Shown here: positions 38,364 through 51,205 of the stretch, piece after piece
Numbering within the stretch: position 1 is the stretch's first letter
Layout: the number at the start of each line of letters is the position of its first letter
DNA from: Octopus sinensis
Lineage: Eukaryota
DNA length: 64,000 bases
Assembly: GCF_006345805.1 (NCBI RefSeq)
Contig: NC_043005.1
Span: forward strand, 99,200,001 to 99,264,000
Direction: 5' to 3'
Notes under the pieces: model-generated
Database searches by the model: none
Told to the model about the DNA's origin: nothing
What the model saw: only the letters and a program-made list of their open reading frames with translations
Translations under genes and position numbers: made by a program

Positions 38364-38590
38364 CTGTATGTGTATGTATGTGTGCATGAATGTATAGATG
38401 TGTGTATGTATGTATGTGTGCATGAATGTTTAGATGTGTGTATATATGTGTGCATGAATGTATAGATGAGTGTGTATGTTTGTATGTATATAAGTATTCA
38501 TGTATGTATACATGTATGTATGTAATGTATGCATGTGGATAGATGTATGTATGTAGACGTATGCATGTAGATGAATGTAGGTACATACAC
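37960..38590. repeat. Compound (TATG)n/(TG)n/(TA)n low-complexity tract
   Basis: Direct reading; explains the H/T/Y/I and V/C/M ORFs. Confidence 0.95.
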
Positions 38591-38747
38591 ATCACAGGTT
38601 AAAGAATCTCCTTCACAACCCTGTTGTCTTAGATTCAATCATAGCATTTCGCATTCACTGCTTTTACTACTATCTCATGTGAACTCAAGCCTTGAGTAAA
38701 TTTAGGTAGTCAGAAACTGTGGAGAAGCCTGTCACATGGACTCTTTC

Positions 38748-39164
38748 GGATCTTTTCGGTTTGAACGGCAGTTTTTTCTAGCGGTGTCATATGAAATTGT
38801 CACCCATAGTTATGACCCTAGTATCGATCTATTGCATTTCAATCTGTTTTAGGGTTATGGTTAGTGGTGGGGGGAAGGGTATCTTTTTTTCTTCACAAAT
38901 ATAAATAAACCCAATCTGTTTCTTAAACGAGGGACATATTCATACGGCACAGATTGTTTTTTACCTCAATGGACATCAGTGATTGGTTGAAATTGCAGAA
39001 ATTGAAGAAAAAAAACAACAAATATCTTACAAACTATAGAATTTTCTCAATAAAGCCAAGAGAAAAAGATGTTTTATAAACACATTCTACCAGTATACGA
39101 AGTTTAAAATTTTTTAGTTACCTAGAAATTATGTTAAAAACTGCCGTTCAAACCGAAAAGATCC
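38748..39164. mobile_element. MITE with 28-bp TIRs (GG-terminal, 8-bp TSD; Merlin-like)
   Basis: GGATCTTTTCGGTTTGAACGGCAGTTTT / AAAACTGCCGTTCAAACCGAAAAGATCC; flanks ACTCTTTC and TCTCTTTC. Confidence 0.8.
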
Positions 39165-39319
39165 TCTCTTTCTGTAATCCGCTGGTCCAACCTTGTGGGA
39201 TGCTGATTACATTAGGAGTACACATGTTTGTGAAATACTCAGCCACTTTACATGCTAATACAACAAGTAAGTTATCCAGTTTATTAAACAACAAGATGTG
39301 CATCTGTTAAAATTAATGG

Positions 39320-40085
39320 GTTCCCCAACCACATGGTTCCAGGCTCAGTTCCACTGTGTGACAGCTTTGGCAAGTGTCTTCTCCTCAGTGTCAAAAGTGT
39401 CTCAGGCTGTCAAAAGCCTTTTGAGTGGATTTGGTTGACAGAAACTGAGCTGGCAGAAACGTTAGCACGCCGGGCGAAATGCTTAGCAGTATTTTGTCTG
39501 CTGCTACGTTCTGAGTTCAAATTCCACTGAGGTTGACTTTGCCTTTCATCATTTCGGGGTCGATAAATTAAGTACCAGTTATGCACTGGGGTCGATATAA
39601 TCGACTTAATCCATTTGTCCTCTCTGTGTTTAGCCCCTTGTGGGTAATAAAGAAATAGGTATTTCGTCTGCCGTTACATTCTGAGTTCAAATTCTGTCAA
39701 AGTCGACTTTGCCTTTCATGATCGATAAATTAAGTACCAGTTTACGCACTGGGGTCGATGTGATCGACTTAATCCCCTTGTCTGTCCTTGTTTGTCCCCT
39801 CTATGTTAAGCTCCCTGTGGGCAATAAAGAAATAAGAAACTGAAAGAAGCCCATCATATATATATGTGTGTGTGTTTGTGTTTGTTACCCACCACTGCTT
39901 GACAACATTGATGACTTTATATCTCTGTAACTTAGCATTCCAGTAAAAGAAACTGATAGAATAACTATCAGGCTTAAATAATAATGTACTGCAATCAATT
40001 CGTTTCACTAAATACTCTTCAAAGTGGTGCCCCAGCAGGACCAAAATCTAACGACTGAAACAAGTAAAAAACAAAAGATAAAAAA
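39320..40085 (+). mobile_element. Family A SINE interrupted by tandem family B SINE copies (~39446-39835)
   Basis: Family A reads ...GACAGAAACTGA, is broken by B copies and resumes AAACTGAAAGAAGCCC at ~39837. Confidence 0.75.
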
Positions 40086-41432
40086 ATATATATGCACATA
40101 TATGTGTATCTCCATGTATGTGTGTGTGTGTGTGTGTGTATGGGTTATGTATGTTTATGGATATGTGTATATAGATCTATCTATATACACATATGCACAC
40201 ATATTTAAATGTTTATATATATATCATATGTTATACATGAGTGTGTGTATATGCATACATGCATAAGTACACATATACACACACACACAAACACTTAAGT
40301 ATACACACATATATCCTCACACAAACACACATATATACATATATATGCATGTGTATATATGTGGTGTGTGTGTGTGGTGTAGTGGTGGTGGTGTGTGTAT
40401 GTGAATGAAAGAAGCATGATTTTGTCCATGTGTGTGTCTATGTGTAGGCATACATACCTACTCAAATACATATACACGCTTGCGTATACAAGAATGCAAA
40501 TTAGAGCATAAATTTATTGAAGATTTGCACACTGACTCCAGAAACATCTGCTACCAAAATATTTCCATCTATTTGATATGCCTTTCCATGCCACCCATCC
40601 CTAACGTGTTCTCTGTTTCATCCCCACCACATCCCCCCCCCCCGATCTCCACCTTCATATTTTACTTCTTCAGAACTGCATTTCTCCGGCACTCTTCTCT
40701 TGTCTTCATATTTCAGCCAAACCTCCAGAAAAGCTATGTTTTTCTTGTCTCACACTTCATATTAATATGGAAGCTGCTAAACAATTTCATTGACGTGTTT
40801 AACACCTTTCACTGCTTCTAAATTCCATTGTCCATCAACAGTGCACAATGGTGGTGGTGGTGGAAAATTGGCTGGACAGACACTGGAACAAAGAGAAAAA
40901 AATGGTCATTCTCTCCCCCATAATATATAACTGCAGTAGTGGCCTTCATCCCATACAACCACCGTCCTTCAATGATTAGTGACCATAACAAGCAATAACA
41001 AATGCTAGCAAATTTTAACAGATATAAGACAGTCTTGGAGCACCTATTGCACACATACCTGCATACTGATCTTATTAAAATGCCTGCCAGCATTTGTTGA
41101 AATGCTGTTTCCATGCTGGAACCATGCTGTCACAATATCACAGTGTCAGCACATGTATAGACAGACTTGTGTGCATGGGAACATCTACATGAGCATATGT
41201 GCATATTGAGCATAAGTAACCATGAAAGTTAGGATGTATATGTGTATGCATATAAATATGTATACATATGTATATCCGTGTGTGTATATATATATATATA
41301 TATAGATGTGAGTAGAATGTAAATACTATAAATTTGCGAAACAGTTTTATCACATGCAAATGAGCTATTTATAATATTGGTTCATTAATATATTATCTAA
41401 TACTCTGTAATTTATAGATTAATATATATTAT

Positions 41433-41740
41433 ATTTCATGTCACGTGACTGACCAGGCTATAAGATGTTGTTACGCATCGCTGGTTACAATGTGCTTTGC
41501 ATTGTTTTAGCCTTCAAATGACGCCACCCCGCTGGCTAAGCGAGCAGGCCAACAGAAGAAAGAGTGAGAGAAAGTTGTGGTGAAAGAGTACAGCAGGGAT
41601 CACCACCACCCCCTGCCGGAGTCTCGTGGAGCTTTAGGTGTTTTCACTCAATAAACACTCACAACGCCTACTCTGGGAATCAAAACCACGATCCCACGAC
41701 CGTGAGTCTGCTGCCCTAACCACTGGGTCATTGCACCTCC
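41433..41740 (-). mobile_element. tRNA-head SINE
   Basis: Reverse strand GGAGGTGCAATGACCCAGTGGTTAGGGC...GGTTTTGATTCCC. Confidence 0.7.
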
Positions 41741-42210
41741 TTATTATTATTATTATTATATTTAGGTGTATTAATATTTAATATTGGTTTCAAATTTTGA
41801 CACAAAGCCAGCAATGTCAGGGAATGGGGTAAGTCGATTTCATTGACCCCCTGCTACCCCCTTAATGCTCAGCTGGTGCTTATTTTAATTTTATCAATCC
41901 TGAAAGAATGAAAGGCAAAGTCAGCTTCAGTGGAATTCGAACTCAGAATGTAAAGACAGAAGAAATATTGCAAAGGATTTCGTCTTGTGTGCAAGTGATT
42001 CTTCCAACTCACTGCCTTAATAATCAATAATAGTAATGGTTTCAAATTTTGGCACAAGGCCATCAAATTAGTTGATAGCACTGACATGAGTACATGATTT
42101 GTACTTTAGTTTATCAATCCATAAAGGACGAAAAGCAAAACTGACCTTGGTGGAATTTGAAATGAGAACATAAAGACAGGTGAAATGCCATGAAACATTT
42201 TGCTGAGAAT

Positions 42211-42423
42211 TCTTTCATTCTTTTGCTTGTTTCAGGCATTTGGCTGCGGCCATGCTGGAGCACTGCCTTTTAGTCAGAGAAATCAACCCCAGGATTTATT
42301 CTTTGTAAGCCTGGTACTTATTCTATTGGACTCTTTTGTCGGACTGCTACAAGAGATGGTGGTGGGGACAAACACAGACACAAAAACAATTGTCAAGGGG
42401 TGGGGGAGAAACACAGATGCAAA

Positions 42424-42459
<36 letters not shown>

Positions 42460-42846
42460 CACACACACATACACAAACATCTGACAGGCTTCTACTCATT
42501 TCTGTCTATTAAATCTACTTACAAAGCTTTGGTCAGCCCAAGCCTCTAAGTAGAAGACACTTGCCCCAGGTGCCATGCAGTAGGACTGAACCCGAAACGA
42601 TGTGGTTGGGAAGCAAGCTTCTTACCACAAAGCCGTGCCTGCATCTGTATTGCATATTTGCTCTTTCACTCTCTTTTACTCGTTTCAGGAGCACCGCCTT
42701 TAGTCGAGCTAATCGACCCTAGGACTTATTCTTTGTAAGCCTAGTACTTATTCTGTCAGTCTCTTTTGCTGAACTGCTAAGCTACGGGGACGTAAACACA
42801 CCAGCATCAGTTGTCAAGTGATGTTGGGGGGACAAACACAGACACA

Positions 42847-42885
<39 letters not shown>

Positions 42886-43045
42886 GACAGGCTTCTTTCA
42901 GTTTCCGTCTACCAAATCCACTCACAAGGCTTTGGTTGGCCTGAGGCTATAGTAGAAGACACTTACCCAAACTGCCACTCAGTGGGACTGAACACAGAAC
43001 CATGAGGTTCGTAAGCAAGCTACTTACCACACAGCCACTCCTACA
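42211..43045 (-). mobile_element. Two tandem family A SINEs
   Basis: Copies at ~42211-42642 and 42661-43045. Confidence 0.85.
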
Positions 43046-43447
43046 CCTATAGTAAATAAATAGAAATGTCAACTAGGTTTTGGGAAACACACTGATTATT
43101 TTCTGATGCCTGTATGTAGTTACATAAAAGTTGGCACCAGGAGATATGGAGGTAGAGAGATTAACAGATAGATGGATAGATAGACAGAGAGAGGGGAAAG
43201 TGAGAGAGAAAGAGAAAGGTGTATGTGTGTGTGTTGATATTTGTATTTAAGTGTGTGTTGGTGTGTATGTGCATGTGATTCTATAGTCAAGCAAAGAATG
43301 GACTTGAAACCATGGAGTATAAGTGGAGGGATTTACACCATCAAAATCAGGCCATCTTCTGACATGACAGTAATATAAATTTGAACCAGTAAATTTCAAA
43401 TCAGACCTGCCAGACTAAATATGTATTCTTGACAGATGAACTGAGAT

Positions 43448-43600
43448 GATCTGAAATAATTATTTTGTTTAAAAATTCAACCACGACTGGTAGTGAGTTA
43501 GAACTCCCTTTCTATATCAGTTAATTTGATTCCTTATCCATTTAGCCAACTCATCTTTACTAGGATTGCTTTCGAATATTATGCAAGTTGATCCTTAAAA
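43448..43600 (+). repeat. 153-bp direct repeat, second copy 45588-45740
   Basis: GATCTGAAATAATT...GATCCTTAAAA with 5 substitutions. Confidence 0.9.
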
Positions 43601-45201
43601 GACAGGAGTAATCCTGTCTTTCTGTTTAGGGTCTACTATAATCCTATATTTTAGAGTCAGGTAAAAATAAGATGTTGTGACTTGAATACTTTTCCCAAAG
43701 ATGGTTTAGCAGTGTAAGTAAAGACAACTTCATCAACCAAGAATCGATTACTGGTCTGCTTCACCACACTCTGGACTCCTGTTCCATGATGCGTCCAACA
43801 ACTCTCTATACACACATACACAATATTGTTCTGTATACATGAGGTAGTGAATTTATTAGTACCTTGGAGCAAGTGTCTTCTACTATAACCTCAAGCTGAC
43901 CGAAACTTTTCAAGTGGATTTGGTAGACAGAAACTCAAAGAAGTCCATTGTATATATACGTGTGCATGTGCAGATGTGTGAGTGTATGTGTGTGCTACAT
44001 CTCTTTAGCTTGACTTCATGTGATAGTTGTAAAACGAGTGTCACTGTCATGTAAGCACTGTCCTTCTTTTCCAATGTTCCATGAGAACATGTCTCATCAT
44101 GGAAAAATAATACTTTACTTGGGAACAAGTGGGAGGGTTAACGACAGGAAAGGCATCCAGCCATAGGAAATTTGCAAAAAAAAAAAATTCGTCTGATGCA
44201 TGTGAGCATGGAAAAATGTGGAAGTTTAAATGATGATGATGATGATGGTGATAATGTTACTTTGTAGTTTAAGAGTTCAAATCACAGCATGGTTTATTTA
44301 TCCCCTTTGTGACTGGTTTATTAAATAAAATACCAGCAATATTAATGGTGTAGGGGTTTGAAAATAACTTTCTGCAAAAACAAGTAAAGAAAGGAAATTA
44401 AATCGATGTTGTTTTGCCATAACCACTGAGAATTGGAAACTACAGTTCCAGAAATACTAACACAAGAAATCGGTCAGCACCGTAAACAACGCTAGTTGTG
44501 TTATAATGGTTTTACAACGACAGCTGCCAATAAGCCCGTTTGTCTTGTGTGTGAGCAGTTCCATTGCTGCTATTATTATCTCCTCTGTTTAAGACTACAA
44601 TTATCGGTGCTGGCCCAAGTGCACATGTACTAACAGCCACATTGTGTGAGTGTTATTGTTCTCTGAAGCAATTACATTCCTGTAATTATTATATCCTTTA
44701 TTTTTTTATGCTACCACCACCACCACTACCAACAACAACAACAGCAGGTGCAACAGCAGCACAGCACACCAACAACCCCACCCCACCCCGCTACTACTAC
44801 TACTACTACTACTACTACTAACGATGATGATAATGATAATTAATTCTGCCCCAAACCAAAAAAGATGAGCAAATTATTGATTGGAAGCTGTGATTATTAA
44901 GTGTGGAAACCAAATCACAGCATAGGCTACCTGAAGCTGACCTTGGCTAACTTATGCTGATCTTAGCCAATTGACACTGAGCTTAGCTAAGTGACACTGA
45001 CTTTGAACCAAGGTCAGTCATATATAACTGGAGGCAAAACAAACTCTACTCTTGCAAGAAAAAAAATAAAATCAGTTTGCTTCATAAAAGGGAAGTTGAT
45101 AAAATCTGTAATATATTAGATCAATTGATGGTGACCGATTTTATAAAACTGAGTCTTATGCTCCAATGAAAATGTTCCTTGTTTTTTATGTTAACATTTC
45201 T

Positions 45202-45431
45202 TATTTCCTTATTGCCCACAAGGGGCTAAACATAGAGGGGACAAACAAGGACAGACAAAGGGATTAAGTCGATTACCAGTGCATAACTGGTACTTAATTT
45301 ATCGACCCCGAAAGGATGAAAGGCAAAGTCGATCCCGGCGGAATTTGAACTCAGAACATAGTGGCAGACAAAATACCGCTAAGCATTTCGCCCAGCATGC
45401 TAACATTTCTGACAGCTTGCCGCCTTAATAC
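45202..45431 (-). mobile_element. tRNA-head SINE, family B, with 19-bp TSD
   Basis: TTTTTATGTTAACATTTCT on both sides. Confidence 0.9.
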
Positions 45432-46528
45432 TTTTTATGTTAACATTTCTGTGAATCCTCTACAACTGAAGTACATACCCACCTTGAGGGCCGCATTTCA
45501 TTTCAACTGGCTACTGGAATTAAACCAGAGCCTGGATCTAATTGGAAGGCATACAAATTAAGTGATTGTCTAAATATGTATTCAGACGATCTGAAATAAT
45601 TATTTTGTTTAAAAATTCAGCCACGACTGGTAGTGAGTTAGAACTCCCTTTCTACATCAGTTAATTTGATTCCTTATCCATTTAGCCAACTCATCTTTAC
45701 TAGGATCGCTTTTGAATATTATACAAGTTGATCCTTAAAATCAAATAAATACTTAACTCACTGGAAATTAAAAAAGCAGATGAATGAATGCTTGTACCTG
45801 AGTGGAATCTATATAAAGATCCCATGCACTAGAGAGTGCATGGGATCCAGGTGATGGATTAAGTGTGCACCCGACCAAACAGGAATGGTTCTTTGGATGG
45901 ACTTCTACATAGTTTTTATCTGCTAAATTTTCCTTGTGAGGCTTTGACCCAAGTCTATGAGAGCAGAGTAGTAGGATTGAACCTGAAACTACATATTTGT
46001 GAAGGAAACTGCTTAAACAGTTTCAAGGCATGTATTCTAAATATGGTTACTACTTTACTGATGCATAATACATGGTTGTGGGACTTGGCTATTAAATGTG
46101 GGTGAGATAGGGAGGTGGGGAGAAATGAAAGAGCTATAGGCATCTCTATTCTCCCTCGGTGTAAACAATTCATTAAATAAAGCCTAGCCATTTCATTAAT
46201 ACCCAGGTTAATCCTCTCTACCAGGTGTGGCATATATATTTACCAACTATTCAAACATAATAATTTACCCATTATTCAAGCATAAATTGTTTACTCATGA
46301 TTAAATATGGCAATTCAAACAAATTGTAGAACTGGAAATAGCTGGTATAAAGAATTGTGAAGTGATAAAACAGTTGAGGAAAGATTAAGAGCTATGATGA
46401 AAGCAAAAGATGGCCATTTTGCATTGTAAATATATGTAACATAATGTCAAAAAATATAACAAGCAACTTGTAAATTTTCATTAACCAAAACCTAAAACAT
46501 TTTATTTTATGATAAGATGAATAAGGAG

Positions 46529-46557
<29 letters not shown>

Positions 46558-46559
<2 letters not shown>

Positions 46560-46938
46560 GCTCAAGTTTGTTTTGACCCTTTAGAATTGGAATTTTTGAA
46601 AAGTAAAAATTTTGCATCATGTAGCTTGTTATTCTCTTTAAGTGAACATTTTTCTGGTTGAAATACACCAAAAAAATGGTGACACAGCAGTCAAAAAATT
46701 GTAAAATATAGGGATTTTAATAGAAAAAAAGCACCTTTTTGATGTAAATAAGTTTTGGTGTTAACATGGTCTGATTTGAATTTTTTCTTCTACGGAAGAA
46801 AGAGCAAGCCTTCTTTTATCATACTCTCAATTTTGGTCAACTTGCGCCACAGGGTCTCGGAGGAGATAGTGTTAGTTGAAGGCTACCAAACCTGCCATAC
46901 ACAGACAACTTCAGCTTTATATATATATATATATATAT
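46558..46938 (+). mobile_element. Helentron/Helitron-like element, 5'-truncated second copy of 25088-25482
   Basis: Shared GACCCTTTAGAATTGGAATTTTTG...ACAGACAACTTCAGCTTTATA. Confidence 0.6.
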
Positions 46939-46939
46939 A

Positions 46940-47157
46940 AAGTTAATCCAAACAAGAAAACACAAAAAAACACAACAACGCGAGGACGTGGAACAAATAT
47001 AGTATTATTGGACGCTCAGAAAAGAAGGAAAGAAGGAGGGTTTAACGTTTCGAGCAGAGCTCTTAGTCAGAAACATAGGAGAAGGAAAGATCCAGAGAAG
47101 GGAAGACAGAGGAAAAAAAATCGCCAACGGTACACACGAGGTCACATTTTGAAATTC
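46940..47157 (-). mobile_element. Short (TA)n-embedded repeat carrying a hammerhead-like fold
   Basis: CpG-rich ~220 bp island between (TA)n tracts; contains 47040-47074. Confidence 0.6.
47040..47074 (-). ncRNA. Minimal type I hammerhead motif, G8U (probably inactive)
   Basis: GUUU CUGACUA A GAGC UCU GCUC GAAA CG UU AAAC. Confidence 0.55.
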
Positions 47158-47177
47158 ATATATATATATATATATGA

Positions 47178-48565
47178 ATTAGAAAAAAAACCACCTTTTA
47201 TCAATTCAAAATGAAAAATTAAATTACACCATCTAGAAAATTACATTTAATAGAAATATTAAATATAAGATAAAAAATATAACGATGATTAAGTAATGTG
47301 CAAAATAATAAATAAAACGTATATATTTGGTAGAATATATAGAAATGATTATAGTAAAAATATTATTAGTAGTAGTAAAATCACTTCAATATAAATATAG
47401 CCACTCATCAGGTTAAAGATAACTACAATAATAAAATAATTAATTAATAAATATACATAAATAATCTTTTAAAAAAATAAATATATTCTTTAAAATATAT
47501 ATATAAGATACAATATATATATAAGATACAAAATATACATTAAGTGAAAACTAAATACAACACTTTAAACTATAATTTATTCATTGATAATTTATTCTAT
47601 TTGTTTACACTAAGTCTTCACGTGTTTAATGTTTATAAACACTAAGACCTATATATTTTTTTACGTTTAAAATTCAATTATATTATTTTCATCGACAAGC
47701 TAAGTAATGGTTTTTGCTTATAAATATTATTTGGGTTTGATTATTATTATTGTTGTTGAAATTTTATTATTTTTATATATATTGATAGTTTACATATAAT
47801 TTGATTTGAGAATTAATTTTGTTAGACAATACATTATTTAATAATTAGGTGGTATATTTATCAAGTAGTATTACATTTAAGTAAATTAGTTTTTATATTA
47901 ATTGATATTTTGGTCAACTATATCATTGAGTGATATATTAAATCTGTAGATACTACATACATATTAATTATATAGTTAGTTTATATAATGGGTGTGTCTA
48001 TATTTGAATCATTTCTTATTTTTTATTCCAGTGTTTATGGCTTGTACTAGCATTGTGTTTATTAATTAATATTAAGGATTTTAGTATTAATTACTTAATG
48101 GGTATTAGGTTTTATTTGGATGTTTATTAAATAAATATATTAATTAATAATTTGATTTAATGTAAATAGTTTAAAGTGTTGTATATAGTTTTCACTTGAT
48201 GTATATTTGGTATCTTATATATATATTTTAAAGAATATATTTATTTTTAAAAGATTATTTACGTATATTTATTAATTAATTATTTTATTATTGTAGTTAT
48301 ATTTAACCTGATGAGTGGCTATATTTATATTGAAGTGATTTTACTACTACTACAAATATTTTTACTATAACCATTTTTTAAATATACCCACAAAACACGT
48401 GCCATTATTCTACCAAATATATACGTTTTATTTATTATTTTGCACATTACTTAATCATCGTTATATTTTTTATCTTATATCTAATCTTTCTATTATATGT
48501 AATTTTCTAGATGATGTAATTTAATTTTTCATTTTGAATTGATAAAAGGTGTTTTTTTTTCTAAT
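47178..48565. repeat. AT-rich foldback: ~400-bp inverted arms (47178-47573, 48166-48565)
   Basis: CCACCTTTTATCAATTCAAAATG... vs ...CATTTTGAATTGATAAAAGGTG; CCACTCATCAGGTTAAA vs TTTAACCTGATGAGTGG. Confidence 0.9.
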
Positions 48566-48588
48566 ATATATATATATATTCTCTTTTT

Positions 48589-48982
48589 CTCTTTTACTTG
48601 TTTCAGTCATATGACTGCGGCCATGCTGGAGCACCGCCTTTAGTCGAGCAAATTGACCCCGGGACTTATTCTTTGTAAGCCCAGTATTTATTCTATCAGT
48701 CTCTTTTGCCGAACCGCTAAGTGACGGGGACGTAAACACACCAGCATCAGTTGTCAAGCAATGCTAGGGGGAGAAACACAGACACACAAACACACACATA
48801 TATATATATACACATATATATGACAGGCTTCTTTAAGTTTCCGTCTACCAAATCCACTCACAAGGCATTGGTCGGCCCGGGGCTATAGCAGAAGACACTT
48901 GCCCAAGATGCCACGCAGTGGGACTGGACCCGGAACCATGTGGTTGGTAAACAAGCTACTTACCACACAGCCACTCCTGCGC
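48589..48982 (-). mobile_element. tRNA-head SINE, family A
   Basis: Full reverse match to 11637-12024. Confidence 0.88.
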
Positions 48983-49079
48983 CTATATATATATATATAT
49001 ATATATATATTGTGAAATTTGATTTAGTATTTCTAAATTGAATTTTTCCCTGTAAGTTTTGAATAACATTCCCTCATAT

Positions 49080-49580
49080 TATTATATATATATATATATG
49101 TATATAAATATGTATATATATATAATATATATGTATAATATATATATATGTATATATATGTATATGTATATATGTATATGTATATATGTATATATATATA
49201 TATATGTATATATGTATATATATGTATATGTATATATGTATATATATGTATATGTATATATGTATGTATATGTATATATGTATATATATGTATATGTATA
49301 TATGTATATATATGTATATATATGTATATGTATATATGTATATATATGTATAAGTATGTATATGTATGTATATACATATATGTATATATAATATATATAT
49401 GTATATATATATGTGTATATAATATATATGTATATATATATATATGTATATATAATATATACGTATATATATATGCATATATATAATATATGTATATATA
49501 ATATATATATAATATATTATATATAATATATATATGTATATATAATATATATATATATGTATATATAATATATATATGTT

Positions 49581-49624
<44 letters not shown>

Positions 49625-49645
49625 TATATATGTATATATATATAT
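49080..49645. repeat. (TA)n/(TATATG)n low-complexity tract
   Basis: Direct reading. Confidence 0.95.
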
Positions 49646-49726
49646 TACCTTGCTTGGCAACAGGTGGGGGTTGGTGTCAGGAAGGGCATCCGGCCGTAGA
49701 AAACTTGCCACATGCATAGCGCTGCG

Positions 49727-49767
<41 letters not shown>

Positions 49768-49916
49768 AGATATATATACGGGTGTGTATGATTGTGTATA
49801 GAAGAATTCCAACCTTGTCTGATTTTCATGTTTTATTTACAATCTTATAACGATATAATATAAGATAATATAATATAATAAAATAAAATAGTAGAATGTT
49901 AAATGTTCATTCTGAT

Positions 49917-49961
49917 TGAACTAGTACTTTCATGCATTAAATTATACAATCTTCAGGTTCA
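49917..49961 (-). ncRNA. Type I hammerhead ribozyme motif (mirror copy)
   Basis: Exact reverse complement of 51693-51737. Confidence 0.7.
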
Positions 49962-50511
49962 TGTAGTAGTGGTGACAGTCATGCTTCACAATTTTTGACT
50001 GTATGGAGATGGTTACATCTGTGCCTTAAATACACCTGTTAGGCTCCAGATTGCTAGGTTTTGCAAACTGTATTCTGACCAATCAGTGTGTAGTATCACT
50101 CAATTACTTAAGCTGATTGGTTGGTTTAGGCGTCACGCTTTGTTGGACATGTCAAGAGTCCTGTATCTTAACCCTGGCCGAGGCAGCAATTGTTGGGCTA
50201 TTTTTAGAAATGTTGTAAATAGCCTTTGTCAGGGATTTTTATATTTCAATTGTCATCATCATCATTGTCAGCACCTTAATTATTGTTGCTAGTGGTGATG
50301 GTGGTGGCAATAGAACTTTTAACCCTAAATAAGATAATTTTCGTGCTATCTTCATCTTGATCACCTTTAGTATTGTTGTTGTTGTTAGTGGTCATGGTCT
50401 TAGCAGTAGAAGTAGTACCCCTAAGTATTATTATTATTGCTTATTTAGCTTGGGTTCGAATTTATCAATAAAATTCTTTTCTCTGATTTTCCTCTGATTT
50501 TCCTCTCGATT

Positions 50512-50869
50512 TCACTTGGGCTGGTAGAATGGAAATATTATATATATTTTCCGGCCACATGTTGCTAGGTGGTTACTCAAAGGTATCTGACGGACCTCTG
50601 GGTCTCTAATCTGTTGTCGGTGTACACGTGAGCGTTCTAATAGTGCATTTCCCGTCTGACCTACATATATTTCTTCACAATTTGGGCATTTGATGCAGTA
50701 AATTAAATTTCTGCTTTTGCAGTTCATATTCGCATTTGTGAATATTTCCCGGTTTTTGTGTTTATATATTGGCCGGTATGTATGAATTGGCATGTGCCAC
50801 ATCGGCTATCATTGCATTTAGATACAGTAAATGTTTGGTCTTTGTTGCTAAGGTCAATTTTATGTATGT
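50512..50869 (-). pseudogene. Penelope-like Zn-linker plus GIY-YIG endonuclease (frameshifted)
   Basis: SKCNDSRCGTCQFIHTG (CxxxxCxxC linker)...LIYCIKCPNCEEIYVGQTGNALLERSRVH...LSNHL; one A missing at ~50746. Confidence 0.85.
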
Positions 50870-51205
50870 ATTCATACATACCGGTCAATATATAAACACA
50901 AAAACCGGGAAAATATTCTCAAATGCGAATATGAACTGCAAAAGCAGAGATTTAATTTACTGCATCAAATGCCCAAATTGTGAAGAAATATATGTAGGTC
51001 AGACGGGAAATGCACTATCAGAACGCTCACGTGTACACCGACAACAGATTAGAGACCAGAGGTCCGTCAGATACCTTTGAGTAACCACCTAGCAACATGT
51101 GGCCGGAAAATATATATAATATTCCATTCTACCAGCCCAAGTGAATCGAGAGGAAAATCAGAGGAAAATCAGAGAAAAGAATTTTATTGATAAATTCGAA
51201 CCCAA
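50870..51205 (+). pseudogene. Penelope-like GIY-YIG endonuclease C-terminal part
   Basis: NMNCKSRDLIYCIKCPNCEEIYVGQTGNALSERSRVHRQQIRD then, after frameshifts, REKNFIDKFEPKLNKQ*. Confidence 0.85.

Noticed and set aside
40842-40930. Possible plus-strand terminal exon HNGGGGGKLAGQTLEQREKNGHSLPHNI*
   Set aside because: Acceptor is plausible but there is no homology or other support.
48308-48405. CTGATGA GTGG...CCAC AAAA CACG as a stretched hammerhead
   Set aside because: No GAAA, no UH and no stem I pairing.
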